Source of the DNA: Octopus bimaculoides | Lineage: Eukaryota | Direction of reading: 5' to 3' | Assembly: GCF_001194135.2 (NCBI RefSeq) | Contig: NC_068983.1 | Span: 78,948,634-78,990,951, forward strand | DNA length: 42,318 nucleotides | Shown: positions 1 through 11,450 of the stretch, in pieces | How the letters are laid out: each line of letters starts with the position of its first letter | How positions within the stretch are numbered: the stretch's first letter is position 1 | Made by a program: the position numbers and the translations under genes | Notes under the pieces: model-generated | What the model was told of the DNA's origin: nothing | Seen by the model: only the letters and a program-made list of their open reading frames with translations | The model's database searches: none

Positions 1-62
<62 letters not shown>
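1..62. repeat. (TA)n microsatellite
   Basis: Direct dinucleotide run at the window start. Confidence 0.98.
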
Positions 63-68
<6 letters not shown>

Positions 69-964
69 GAAAAAAATAATATATAGAGAAAAAATAATAC
101 ATATGGAAAGGTAGTAAAATAGTTCATTCGTTGAGGTTAATGGCAAATAAAAGAAGTTTAAGTTCAAATTGTACGAAAGTTCATTACTTCCCTCATGACA
201 GCAAATTTAATAGGTAAAATCGAATTTCGTAATTCATACACAGGAATACCGAAGTACACGGGACGACATAACAGAACATCTAATGTGTAACAAAGTAAAA
301 TCCATATTTCACCATCAACGTTATTTCAGTCCAAGAAAATCAAGGCACACAAGTCGATACATTAAACCAACATCGAGCAGGTAACATCGGTAAAGTCAAT
401 CCATAATTTAACATCATTTACAATGGATTACAAATATAGGTCGGAATACAAACACAAAACACCTATGGCCATTTCGGGAGTATATCACCGTATTTAGAGC
501 AACATAGGGCACAAACTAGAGATAATTCCCTCTTCAGGCTAAAGAACACACACAAACATCAACGAAGGCATCAGAAAAAAGAAATTATAATTATGAGAGC
601 AAGCTTATATAAATAATATGAACTAGACCAAAAAAAAAAAATAATAATTAATTTTTAATATGCCCATTAGAATAGTCAAGCAGGTTTGGTACCTAAAATA
701 AAACTACTAGGTTTCAAATCCAACGTAAGCTATAATAATAAATAAATACTACCATTGTATCCAGATTTTTATTTCTATCATTACTATTCTTATCACTATT
801 ACTACCATTATTACCACTACTAATACTATTATTTTTGTTCTTATTTTTATTCTTATATAGTTTTAGGAAGGTGGAGGAATTATTTGTGATTGCAAAAAGG
901 GATTACCTCAATAAACTTATTCAAGGTTTTCGGCCCAAAAGACCTAAGAATGGAAAGGGATTCC

Positions 965-1878
965 CTAATGCAAAGTATTTGTCATGGTGGAACATAATTC
1001 CTTTATGATTTGCAAATTATGGCCATTTTCTTTGACTACTTCCTTCAGTTTCGTTAGTTGTTGACAGCAAACATCTGACTTGATCATTTGGTTCCTTGGA
1101 AGCAGCTCACAATACACAGCACACAATACACAGCACACAATACGCAGCACCTTTGTAATCCCACCAGAATGTCAGTATGGTCGTTTTCGATTGATGTTAT
1201 TGTAGACAATCCATTTTTTATCACAAGAGATGATTCCTTTAAAAAAAGTGGTCGATTTCATCGCATTTGAGGTGCATATCACAAATATTGATTCGTTGTG
1301 TTAAGTGAATTTCTTTCAATTTATGTGGAACCTAAATATCAAGCTTCTTAACAAGTCCAAGACATTTTAAGTGATTTTCAGTTGCTGTGCGTGATACCCT
1401 TAACTTCTCTGCAATCTCGTGCACAGTTATATGACAATCAGATTCAATTATGGCTTTGATTCAGTCATCATCAACTTCAGTATGTGACCAGAACATTGGT
1501 CATCATTGAGTGGAATATCTCCAGAATGGAATTTTTTAAACCATTTCTGACATGTGCATTCTGTAAAGCAATCAACACCATAAACTTCACATATCTCTTT
1601 GTGAGCCTCAGCAGCTTTCTTGCCTTTACGGAAATAAAAGAGCAAAATATGGCAAAAATGTTCGTTTTTGCACTCCATGTTAAAATTGACATTGAAATCA
1701 CAGCTGTAAACAAAATTACGTGCAATTTGCTTCTAAAGTAAGCTAAACGTAATGGCTATCAAAACATTGCTTCTAAAGTATGTCAAAAGGAAAAAATCAT
1801 ACCGTTGGCAAAAATCATTTTAAAAAAGCGCAAATCTATATATTTGCAAAATGCGAAATTACTTTCTTGCCAACCCTA
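965..1878 (-). mobile_element. Mariner (Mos1-like) transposon remnant, internally deleted and 3'-truncated
   Basis: The minus ORF 1448-1678 (MECKNEHFCHILLFYFRKGKKAAEAHKEICEVYG...KWFKKFHSGD) is a mariner N-terminal HTH. Downstream broken frames give KLDI*VPHKL (WVPHEL motif), IISCDKKWIVYNN (first catalytic D region) and ELLPRNQMIKSDVCCQQLTKLKE. A TIR-like end TAGGGTTGGCAAGAAAGTAATT lies at ~1878. Confidence 0.9.
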
Positions 1879-2099
1879 TCATCTTCCTTTTAAAGTTCAC
1901 ACTTTCACATTTCTATTTTTAATAGCTACATGCCTTTCCTGCCAAGTAATATTTCCCCATGGCCAGACATATTAAAACAGAATATTGGAAATGAAGGACT
2001 TTCATTTACAATCATGCAATAACCAAGACGAGGAGACACTAACATTAACACATACTTACACACATATACACAAACACATACACACACACACACATATAT

Positions 2100-2495
2100 T
2101 TAGCTTGTAGTAAATGTTTGACTCCCAACCACATGCTTACAGGTTCAGTCCAACTGACTGGCACTATGGGCAAATGTCCTCTACTATAGCCTGAGGCTGA
2201 CCAAAGCCTTTTGGACTTGGTAGATGGAAACTGAAAGTAGCCTGCATTACGTGTGTGTGGGGGGTGTATGTGCATGTATGTGTCTTTGTGTCTGCAATTG
2301 TCCTCCATCACTCCTTCATAACTGTTGTTGAGGTGTTTATATTCTTGTAACTTAGCAGTTCAGTAAAAGTGAATGATAATAAGTACATGGCTTAAAAAAT
2401 GTACTGAGGTTGATTTGTTTGACTAAATCCCTCAAGGTGGTGCCTCAGTATGGCTGCTGTCTAATGACTAATACAAATAAAAGATAAAAGATTTA
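2100..2495 (+). mobile_element. tRNA-derived SINE (abundant family, head + CA/TG middle + tail)
   Basis: The head (ccaaccacatg...ggttcagtcc...gggcaaatgtcctctactatagcc...ccaaagcctt...gtagatggaaactgaaag) and tail (taacttagcagttc...aataagtac...gactaaatccctcaaggtggtgcc...aaataaaaga) recur many times in this window. Confidence 0.75.
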
Positions 2496-2617
2496 TATAT
2501 ATATATATATNNNNNNNNNNNNNNNNNNNNNNNNNNNNNNNNNNNNNNNNNNNNNNNNNNNNNNNNNNNNNNNNNNNNNNNNNNNNNNNNNNNNNNNNNN
2601 NNNNNNTTTATCGTAAA

Positions 2618-3598
2618 CCACCAGTATAGCCTGGCATTGCCCAGGATTAAGTTAGGATTATTGAGCTAATCTAGTGCTTTGTTTCAAACCAAACTAAGTA
2701 ATACTAACATCAAATTTGAATGAAATCCATTGAAATTGGTAAACATTTGACTGAAAATGGGTTGCAGACAATTTGATTGGGAAATCCCATAAGGAATCGG
2801 TTTATCAATTTTTCCACTCATCGATTGTTTTTTTTGGTTTTTTTTTTTGAGAACTTAAATCATTCAAAGATACTTGAGACCTAAGTAACACTGGTATCAA
2901 GTTTGAACAAAATACATCAAAACTGGTAAAAGTTATGGTTGGAAATGGGTTGCAGCCAATTTTAGTGAGAAATCCGATAAGGAATCGGTTAATCGATTTT
3001 TTATCCTGATTGAATGGAAAACCTCATAAGGAGTCAGTTTATTGATTTTTCACCCCAAATAAGACTTAACCAAACACAACATTGCTAATTCAAAAAATCT
3101 ATATTTATACTTTAGAACTTGTTTTCACACCCAACCCAGTTCTACAGAATCAGATTCCAATGATTCCGGGATAGGGAAGGGGGACTTTTTTCTGAACGAA
3201 AATAAGAGATTTGCAGCATAGTAGGAGGTCAGGGTACTTGATCCCACGCAAAAAATCCAAGGTTTTGTTTTCTTAGTGAAAATCATGCAGGTGTTAATCT
3301 AAAAATTTACCCTTTGTTTCTCTTTCTCGCCATTGCTAGACAGGTGACTTAATTCATATTAGCAAACTTACAGATTTCACCAATGTGGAAATTGGTAAAA
3401 GTTATGGTTGAAAATCGATTTTTACCACTATCCTCGGGTGCCTTGGGGAAAATATGTTGACAAAAACAAAGCCATGATCGTGACCAATGTCCTCCTAAAA
3501 TTGGAGTGACATGCGTGCTAATTTGTGGACATGCATAAATTACATTCACGTACACACACACACACACACACACATCCTGACTTTTATAGATAAATAGA
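2618..3598 (-). mobile_element. Non-autonomous Helitron-like element
   Basis: On the minus strand the 5' end is A|TCTATTTATCTATAAAAG followed by a (TG)n tract. A subterminal hairpin CCTGG-CATTGC-CCAGG lies at 2630-2645, about 10 nt from a degenerate CTAG terminus. There is no ORF. Confidence 0.6.
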
Positions 3599-3960
3599 TA
3601 AATAAGTGGTTTAAAATAAATATATTTTAATTGTTGTGTGAGAAAGTATATATAATCTGATTATAAAATATAGTGTCTTTCAAAAACGTCCTAAATTTGA
3701 AGACTATATCTTGTGTTTAAGAAAAAAAAACATTTTACATTTTTTATTTTTGAAGAACGCTGTAACTTACTCTCTCTACCTCACACACACTTTCTCTTTA
3801 CATTTTCTTTTAGACACTGTCAAACTCCTTCTCTCTCTCTCCCTCACATAGACTTTCTCTTCCCATTTTTTTTTTGTTAGATGCTGTCAAATTCTCTCTC
3901 TCTCCCTCACACGCACACACACACTTTTACTTCGCAATAGTAAGAATTTTTTACTAACTG

Positions 3961-4176
3961 ATATTAGCAAAGTTCAAAATTGGTAAAAGCTATGGTTGAA
4001 AATCGATTTTTACCGCTATCTGTGGGTGCCTCAGGAAAAATAAGTTGACAAAACCCTGCTAGGTTCATGACGAATGTCCTAAAATTGGAGCAACATGCAT
4101 GCTAATTTGTGAACGTGCATAAATTACATTCACGTACACACACACACACACACACACATCCTGCCTTTTATACAGA
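3961..4176 (-). mobile_element. Second copy of the 5'-terminal ~220 bp of the 2618-3598 Helitron-like element
   Basis: Near-collinear with 3355-3598 (aaattggtaaaag.tatggttgaaaatcgatttttacc...gcataaattacattcacgtacacaca...catcctg.ctttata). The minus-strand end is A|TCTGTATAAAAG. Confidence 0.65.
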
Positions 4177-4263
4177 TGACTTTCTCGTCTTTCCCTAGTG
4201 TAAAGCTAAAACACTTGTTTGTTATTCATACACATATCTTTGTCATGTTTTTCCATAAATTTC

Positions 4264-4303
<40 letters not shown>

Positions 4304-4357
4304 NNNNNNNNNNNNNNNNNNNNNNNNNNNNNNNNNNNNNNNNNNNNNNNNATATAT

Positions 4358-4360
<3 letters not shown>

Positions 4361-4420
<60 letters not shown>

Positions 4421-4421
4421 C

Positions 4422-4482
<61 letters not shown>
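4361..4482. repeat. (GATA)n/(GACA)n microsatellite
   Basis: Direct tetranucleotide run. Confidence 0.95.
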
Positions 4483-4484
<2 letters not shown>

Positions 4485-4619
4485 TAGAGTTATATATCAT
4501 GGATGCTCTGATTGTAAGATGACATAAGAGGGCCCAGCAATTTCTTACTGAACAACTATACAGATTTGTTGTAGTGATGAAATGCTTGTATTCACATAAA
4601 CTCACTCCTCCCTTCAATT

Positions 4620-4742
4620 TGACATTACCTGTACAGTTGCACCATGTGCCACATGCCAGATGACGAAATGATTGCAGAGCAACATGAAATGAAGTGCTTT
4701 GCTCAAAAACACAACATAATACCCGGTCTGGGAATCGAACAT
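4620..4742 (-). mobile_element. SINE 5' fragment (B-box head plus central domain)
   Basis: The reverse complement reads gttcgattcccagaccggg...gttgtgtttttgagcaaagcacttcatttcatgttgctc, homologous to the heads at 7154, 23902 and 42240. Confidence 0.6.
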
Positions 4743-4771
4743 TAAATGAGGATGATGATACACACACACAC

Positions 4772-4842
<71 letters not shown>

Positions 4843-4845
<3 letters not shown>

Positions 4846-5322
4846 TCGTTTAACATCCACTTTCCATGCTAGCATGGGTTGGACGATTTGACTGAGGACT
4901 GGTGAACCAGATGGCTACATAAGACTCCAATCTAATTTGGCAGAGTTTCTACAGCTGGATGCCCTTCTTAACGCCAACCACTCCGAGAGTNNNNNNNNNN
5001 NNNNNNNNNNNNNNNNNNNNNNNNNNNNNNNNNNNNNNNNNNNNNNNNNNNNNNNNNNNNNNNNNNNNNNNNNNNNNNNNNNNNNNNNNNNNNNNNNNNN
5101 NNNNNNNNNNNNNNNNNNNNNNNNNNNNNNNNNNNNNNNNNNNNNNNNNNNNNNNNNNNNNNNNNNNNNNNNNNNNNNNNNNNNNNNNNNNNNNNNNNNN
5201 NNNNNNNNNNNNNNNNNNNNAAATAGTGCTATTTACGTGCCACTGGCACGGAAGCCAGACAGCTGCTCTGGCAACAATCACGCTCGAACAGTGCTCTTAG
5301 CGCTCCACTGGTACAGGGAGCG
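4843..5322 (-). mobile_element. SINE/LINE-tail repeat ending in (GAT)n, interrupted by an assembly gap
   Basis: Reverse complement of the 8664-8934 repeat (actctcggagtggttggcgttagaagggcatccagctgtagaaactctgcc...gttaaacgatgat). Confidence 0.75.
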
Positions 5323-5349
5323 CTATATATATATATATATATATATATA

Positions 5350-5937
5350 CTAGCAGCTAAACCCGGTTTCACCCTGCCTGTTTGGATGATGTGGCTGTTA
5401 TCGTTTTTGGTTAGGCAAATTCTATAACAGCGTTTCTCAACGTTATCATTTCGGGTCCCCTATTTCGATTGGAGCCTCAAGTTGTATGAAGATTTCATCA
5501 CCCCCTCCTGTCAGAAAATGGCTTCAGGAGTTGTGAAGAAAGAATTTGTACATAGTCTGTTTCTGAGAGCTATTCTATTGGACGTCTGTGTAATCATTAA
5601 AGCATTTATTTAATTATGAACATAGAAAGAAGTCCCATCCTCGGAACTTACCAGGAAATCATATCCTTGGAACTTTCCAGGAAATCCTCGATACATTCCA
5701 TGTATGTATGTATGTATGAATGGCTTCAGAGACACACACTCACATACACACGTGCACGCAGGTTGTTTTAATCGATTTTCTCGGTAACTATGCGGGCTAG
5801 GAAAAAATATAAAGTGTGTTCCAATCTATGCACCCGTCTCCATATGTGTGCCATTTTTCACGTGAATCCATCCAGCCGTTTGGCCGTGAACCTCGAGACA
5901 AGAAAGAATACAACGGTCAACCATGTTCAATTTATAT

Positions 5938-5940
<3 letters not shown>
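5350..5940 (-). mobile_element. Non-autonomous Helitron-like (Lep1/HINE-type) element
   Basis: The minus-strand 3' end is ...gggtgaaaccgggtttagctgCTAG|T (CTAG at 5350-5353, degenerate GC hairpin ~10 nt upstream). It has an internal (TATG)n, and the 5' end runs into (TA)n after tttcacgtgaatccatccagccgtttggccgtg, a layout typical of Lep1-like Helitrons. Confidence 0.65.
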
Positions 5941-5979
<39 letters not shown>

Positions 5980-6144
5980 TANNNNNNNNNNNNNNNNNNN
6001 NNNNNNNNNNNNNNNNNNNNNNNNNNNNNNNNNNNNNNNNNNNNNNNNNNNNNNNNNNNNNNNNNNNNNNNNNNNNNNCATACATACATACATACATACA
6101 TACATACGTGCTCACCCACGCATACTTATATACATAAATGTTTC

Positions 6145-6495
6145 TGCGTTCAGTCCCACTGCATGGTACCTTGGGTAAGTGTCTTCTACTATAGCCTCAG
6201 GCCAACCAAAGCCTTGTGAATGAATTTGGTAGAGGGAAAACTGAAAGAAGTCTGTCGTATATATGTGTGTGTTTGTGTGTGTATGTGTGTGTGAGTTTGT
6301 GTGTCTGTGTTTGATCCTCCACCATCGCTTGACAACCAATGCTGGTGTGTTTACATCCCCGTAACTTAGCAGTTCGACGAAACAGACCGATAGAATAAGT
6401 ACTAGGCTTACAAAGAATAAGTCCTGGGGCTGATATGTTCGGCTAAAGCCACTGCTCCAGCATGGCTGCAGTCAAATGACTGAAACAAATAAAAG
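6145..6495 (+). mobile_element. tRNA-derived SINE (same family as 2100-2495)
   Basis: gttcagtcccactgcatggtaccttgggtaagtgtcttctactatagcctcaggccaaccaaagccttgtg...gatagaataagtactaggcttacaaagaataagtcctgggg...gcagtcaaatgactgaaacaaataaaaga. Confidence 0.8.
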
Positions 6496-6888
6496 AATAT
6501 ATACATACATACATACATATATATATATATATACATATATATACATATATAGTGAGAGAGAGAGAGAGAGAGGAGGAGAGATAGATAGATACACATACAT
6601 GCCCACACACATACACATCTATATCGGTTTCTTTGTCCATATATCAAACTATAATGAATGTGTCAGTATTTCTTATGAACAGTTTACACATCACTATACT
6701 AAGCTGACAGTCTAGATATGTGTCTTAGTAAAGTTGTATATTTATCTCTCTGTCAAAGTATCAGTCAATAAGTATATCAGTTATATCTATATATCTATAT
6801 AACACTCCATCCTATTAACTCATTGTCTTTCAGTAGATGGACCAATTTATGTGTGTGTGTGTGTGCTTGTTTGCATGCATGATATATA

Positions 6889-7015
6889 CAGGGTGTCCAC
6901 AAAGTCTGGGTACATGGAGTAAATAAAATCATAACATAAACAATTAAATATAAGAAATAATAATTTCTTAAAGTATGTCCTAATCCCCATATACCCACTC
7001 TTTGTGGACACCCTG
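6889..7015. mobile_element. Tc1/mariner-type MITE (127 bp)
   Basis: TIRs CAGGGTGTCCACAAAG...CTTTGTGGACACCCTG, with imperfect pairing extending to ~29 bp, flanked by TA on both sides. Confidence 0.9.
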
Positions 7016-7153
7016 TAGATAGATCTAGTATAATAGGTGTGTGTGAGATATATGTGTGCGAGATGTAATTATGTATAATCTCAGTACGTGTATATGAAGA
7101 AATTATATAGTGAGCAAGAGAGGAGGGAGAAGGTGATCATATATGTGTGTTTA

Positions 7154-7461
7154 CAATGGCTTAGTGGTGAGGGTAGTCGAGTCATAATCATAAAGTTGTG
7201 TGTTTGATTCCTGGCAGTGCATCGTGTGCTTGTGCAACACACATGATTTCACTTTGCTCCAGTTCACTCAGCTGCCAAAAATGAGTAGTACCTGTATTTC
7301 AACAGGCCAGCCTTGTTCCATTCTGTGTCACACTGAATCTCTCTGAGAACTACTTTAAGTGTATGCATGTCTGTGGAGTGCTCTGACATGTTCACTAGCC
7401 AGGTATTCTGTTGATCGGATCCACTGGAACCCTTGTCCTCATAACTGACGGCGTGCCAGTA
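7154..7461 (+). mobile_element. tRNA-derived SINE, second family
   Basis: A-box-like tggcttagtgg, B-box-like gtttgattcc and central gctccagttcactcagctgccaaaaatgagtag. Collinear with 23902-24218. Confidence 0.75.
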
Positions 7462-8070
7462 ATGTATGAGAGTGTATAGGTGTGTGTCCTGGCATGGGTT
7501 GGTGAATTTGACTGGAACTGGCAAACCAGAAGACTGTGCCGAGCTCTAACTGCTTTCGTATGGTTTCTACAGGCAGATTGCCTTCATAACACATTTATGT
7601 ATGTACATGTACATGTGTATATAAGTGTATATAAGGTGCATAGTCTAGTGGTCAGGGTGTTGTATACATCATCACAGGATCATGGTTTTATTTCCTGGTT
7701 TGAGCAGTGTGTTGTTTTCTTGAGCAAAACACTTCAATTAATTCATTCAGCTTTAAATGAGTAACCCTGCCATGAACTAGTGTCTTCTGCAGGATCAGTT
7801 TTGTGCACTCAGTCATTTATATGCCATGGAAACCACACAACTGGCTCTACAAGTCCTAGGGCTCATAACAGCACAGCACTACACCACAATCTACCCTGCA
7901 TCCCACCATGATGTACCACACTCACACATACATTTCCCAGGAGACTTATTTACTATGTCTATAATATATGTGTATATGTGAATCAAGGGGTTATGCTTGT
8001 ATGTTTGACACAATAAGTTTATACGGGAGTGTGGATGTAGAGGATAAGTTTGGTGTTTCTGAAGTGCATG

Positions 8071-8190
8071 GTTTACAGCCATATCACACTGAATGCACCA
8101 GTTCTTGTCCGATATCTGAGGTTAATCAATATCGAGCTTAGTTAGTACTTAGATGAGTGACTGCTTGAGAAACCTAGGCGCAGCAAGCAT
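8071..8190 (+). pseudogene. 5S rRNA pseudogene (full length, CpG-decayed)
   Basis: GTTTACAGCCATATCACACTGAATGCACCAGTTCTTGTCCGATATCTGAGGTTAATCAATATCGAGCTTAGTTAGTACTTAGATGAGTGACTGCTTGAGAAACCTAGGCGCAGCAAGCAT aligns without indels to the metazoan 5S rRNA I recall (GTTCTCGTCCGATC..GAAGTTAAGCA..GGTTAGTACTTGGATGGGTGACCGCCTGGGAA). Many differences are CG>TG/CA. Confidence 0.9.
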
Positions 8191-8258
8191 ATCACTTCTT
8201 AATGGTGATGCCCCAACATGGCCACAGCTCTCAAGCTGAAACTAGTAAAGAAAACTGT

Positions 8259-8299
<41 letters not shown>

Positions 8300-8663
8300 A
8301 TGCGTGGTTGGGTGCAGTTATGTGAACGCTGCTATGCCATTTAGACCAAGAGGAGGACCAAGAGAGAAAATGAAGCATTGTTCTTTGTGATAGTGAGGAG
8401 CAGGGAAACCATGGTGTGAAATGACTGAGTGGTAGGAAATAGTGTTTGCTTGAACTGATGAATACAGCTAATGGTAGCATTGTTTAAATGGAACTCTTGA
8501 TTTTTAGGGATATGGGCCATTAATCTATGGATTTGTTTTGTGGCAATGTACAAAAAATCACAGAACTAACATTTAAGTGCTAAGGAATAGATATTAGTCC
8601 TCTCAGTTTAGTTGTATCAACAAATTAGATTATCTCATTTACATAACTTAGAATTATTTTTAG

Positions 8664-8934
8664 TGCCGCTGGACTGGCTCTTGTGCGGGTGGCATGTAAA
8701 ATACACCATTTTGAACATGGCCATTGCCAGTACCGCCTGACTGGCCTTCGTACCAGTGGCGTGTAAAAGTACCCACTACACTCTCGGAGTGGTTGGCGTT
8801 AGAAAAGGCATCCAGCTGTAGAAACTCTGCCAAATCAGATTGGAGCCTGGTGTTGCCATCTGGTTCTCCAGTCCTCAGTCAAATCGTCCAACCCATGCTA
8901 GAATGGAAAGCGGACATTAAACGATGATGATGAT
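8664..8934 (+). mobile_element. SINE/LINE-tail (RTE-like) repeat ending in (GAT)n
   Basis: ...cccactacactctcggagtggttggcgttagaaaaggcatccagctgtagaaactctgcc...aacccatgctagaatggaaagcggacattaaacgatgatgatgat. An inverse copy lies at 4843-4990. Confidence 0.75.
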
Positions 8935-8942
8935 GTATTATA

Positions 8943-9540
8943 TCATTATTATTATTATTCTTATTATTCATTTGACTCAGATTCGGTATTATTCCTGGCA
9001 GGATTTATGTGGGTAATAGGTTATTACCTGTAACCTTAGCTATCTACAAGCTTTCAATAGTCTTTCAAGTGCTTAGAACTCTCCTGATAATCTTTCCTGT
9101 CCTTAAAAGGCAAACTTGCTGTAGAAGCTCTACAGAACATTCTGCTCCCATCTCCTTCAACCATTTGTCTATATCAGTGGTTTTCAACCGGCGTCCATAT
9201 AAGACTTTTGGGGATCCATGCAATAAAATAGCAAATTAAGGAGGTACGATAATATTTTAACAGCCCCAGAAAATATTTTGCTTTAGATGTATGAATTGGT
9301 ATTTATTGCAAGAAACAGCTAGGTTTCTTTCAATCTACACAAGTTAATGTGTGGAGAAAAAAAAAGAAGAATTTTGAAAGAAATTTCTATAAAACCGGTT
9401 ATTAAACAACGAATGGTTATGGAGGTCCACTGGAATAAAATGGTAATCAAAGGGGTCCGTTGATAAAAAATGGTTGCGAAACCCTGGCCTATATCTTTGC
9501 TTACAGTTCCTAATGCAACAGTTATTAATGACACAACAAC
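8943..9540 (-). mobile_element. 3' end of an R4/Dong-clade non-LTR retrotransposon (REL endonuclease C-terminus, 3' UTR, (TAA)n tail), interrupted by a hAT MITE
   Basis: After removing 9175-9486 plus one TSD, the minus frame reads VVVSLITVALGTVSKDIDKWLKEMGAECSVELLQQVCLLRTGKIIRRVLST* (stop at 9065-9067). This is the typical C-terminus of R4/Dong ORFs. It is followed by a short 3' UTR and (TAA)n. Confidence 0.85.
9175..9486. mobile_element. hAT (Charlie-like) MITE, 312 bp
   Basis: Ends CAGTGGTTTTCAACC / GGTTGCGAAACCCTG with an 8-bp TSD GTCTATAT / GCCTATAT. Removing it restores the interrupted R4 reading frame. Confidence 0.9.
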
Positions 9541-11450
9541 GATGAAAATACAGTTCTTACTAATAAAAGTAATCTCATAGCACAGGAAAGGAGCAGTGGT
9601 AGTTTACTTGATGAGAGACATATAGATGATCTAAAAGAAGACAATAAAGCTAATGCCGACGTGACTGATAAACAAAAGGCAATCTACAACAGAATAAAGG
9701 CAAGACTACAGGAGAACGCTAGTGACATTATTTGCAACCTTAAAAAGGTTGACCAGTGGAAGCTGAACCAAGAAACAAAAAATGTGAATGATATTCTGAA
9801 ATACATCAGAACAAACAACATCACAGAAACAAATAACTCAATCAAGGCAGCAAGTATTGTTGTAGCAGAAAATGTGAGTGTTGATGTCAAGAAAAAGAAA
9901 GACAATGGGAGTGACAAAAGAAAAGACCCATGGTGGAAAAGAAGAATACAGGTAGGGTTAGATATACTCTCGGAGGAAATTTTTGTGCTAGACTGAAAAG
10001 AGAAAGGGGAGCTTAAAAGCGAACAAAAATACAGGGCATTGAAAAGGAAGCATAATATTAGAAGAAAGGGCTTGTAAGTGGTAATGGAGGAACTGAAGCA
10101 GTGCCTCATTGCAAAGAAAGCAATTTTGGTTGTATCTTACCACCAAAAGTGGTAAGATATACCAAAGGTGGTAAGATACAACCAAAGAATGAAAGGTTAC
10201 CACCAGAATAGGTTATTCAGAGTAGATCAGAAGAGATTCTATAAAGAAATAAATGGAGAGTGTACAGATGAAAAGTTGATACCAGATCACATTGAAAGTC
10301 AAAGGTTTTGGAGTGACATCTGGAGCAAAGACAAGGAACACAAGAAGGATACTGAATGGTTGCAAGAACTGAAACAAACAGCAGTCTGTCCAAAACAGGC
10401 AGAACTCGTCATTTGAGTTAGGGAAGTGAAGGAAATCAGCAAAAAGATGAGCAACTGGAGGTCCCCAGGGAGCAGATGGAGTTCAAGGCTACTGGATCAA
10501 AAGCTTTGGTGAATGTCATGCACGAATAGCTGCACAACTCAACACCTTGTTAAATGCTGACCAAGTAATACCAAAATGGTTGACATTAGGTAGGACAGTG
10601 CTGTGCTTGAAAAACATCGAAAAAAAGCAATACAGTAGACAATTACAGGCCAATATCCTATCTGCCACTAATGTGGAAATTATTGACTGGAATACTCACA
10701 GAGTCAATGTACGAACATCTGGAAAAAAATGGAGTCCTACCACATAAGCAGAAGGGTTGCAAGTGTAAGTGCAGAGGTACCAAGGATCAACTCTTGATAG
10801 ACAAAACTGTACTTAGAGACTGCAAGAGGAGGAAAAGTAACTTAGCTATGTCATGGATCGACTATCGTAAGGCATACAATATAATCCCACACTCTTGGAT
10901 AATGGAATGTATGAAGCTATTTGGCATTGCATCGAATGTTGAGTGACTGCTTGGAAAAAGTATGGTGAGTTGGAGGATAGACCTAACAGCATATGAAAGA
11001 AGCTTACAGACAAAAGAAATCAGGAGGAGCATCTTCCAAAAGGACTGCCTGTCCCCATTGATCTTTGTACTGTGCTTGGTACCACTAACACTGATACTGA
11101 GGAAAGCAAAAGCCGGGTATGTATTCAAAAGCCACCAACAAAAAGTCAACCATTTGTTATTCATGGATGATCTCAAACTTTATGGTAAAGATGAAGCCCA
11201 AGTCAGTTCCCTCGTTGATTCAGTGTATACTTTCAGTTCTGATATCAGAATGGAGTTAGGACTGAGAAAGTGTGGTGGTGTGTCAGTCTTGAAGAGAGGC
11301 AAAATCAAATGTATGGATGGGCTATCGATACCGTCGGGGGAGGTTATGAAGCAGATAGAAGAGATGGGCTATAAGAACTTGGGGATTTGAGAAATAGACA
11401 AATTGATGGAGAAAGAAATGATAGAAAAATTTAAGGTGGAGCACTTGCGA
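9532..11450 (+). mobile_element. R4/Dong-clade non-LTR retrotransposon, N-terminal and reverse transcriptase region (pseudogenised)
   Basis: Broken ORFs give [88 protein letters not shown] and NHLLFMDDLKLY (catalytic FMDD at 11160-11171). There are several stops and frameshifts. Confidence 0.92.

Noticed and set aside
100-630. Possible Penelope GIY-YIG remnant (HNLTSF...KKEIIIMRA)
   Set aside because: The similarity is too weak to call by eye; it needs a profile search.
4176-6219. Long ORFs such as YIYIYI, CVCVCV, HTHTHT and poly-X (also at 13302-13940, 14416-14743, 20838-21105, 36068-36545 and 39382-40294)
   Set aside because: They are translations of microsatellites and N gaps, not genes.
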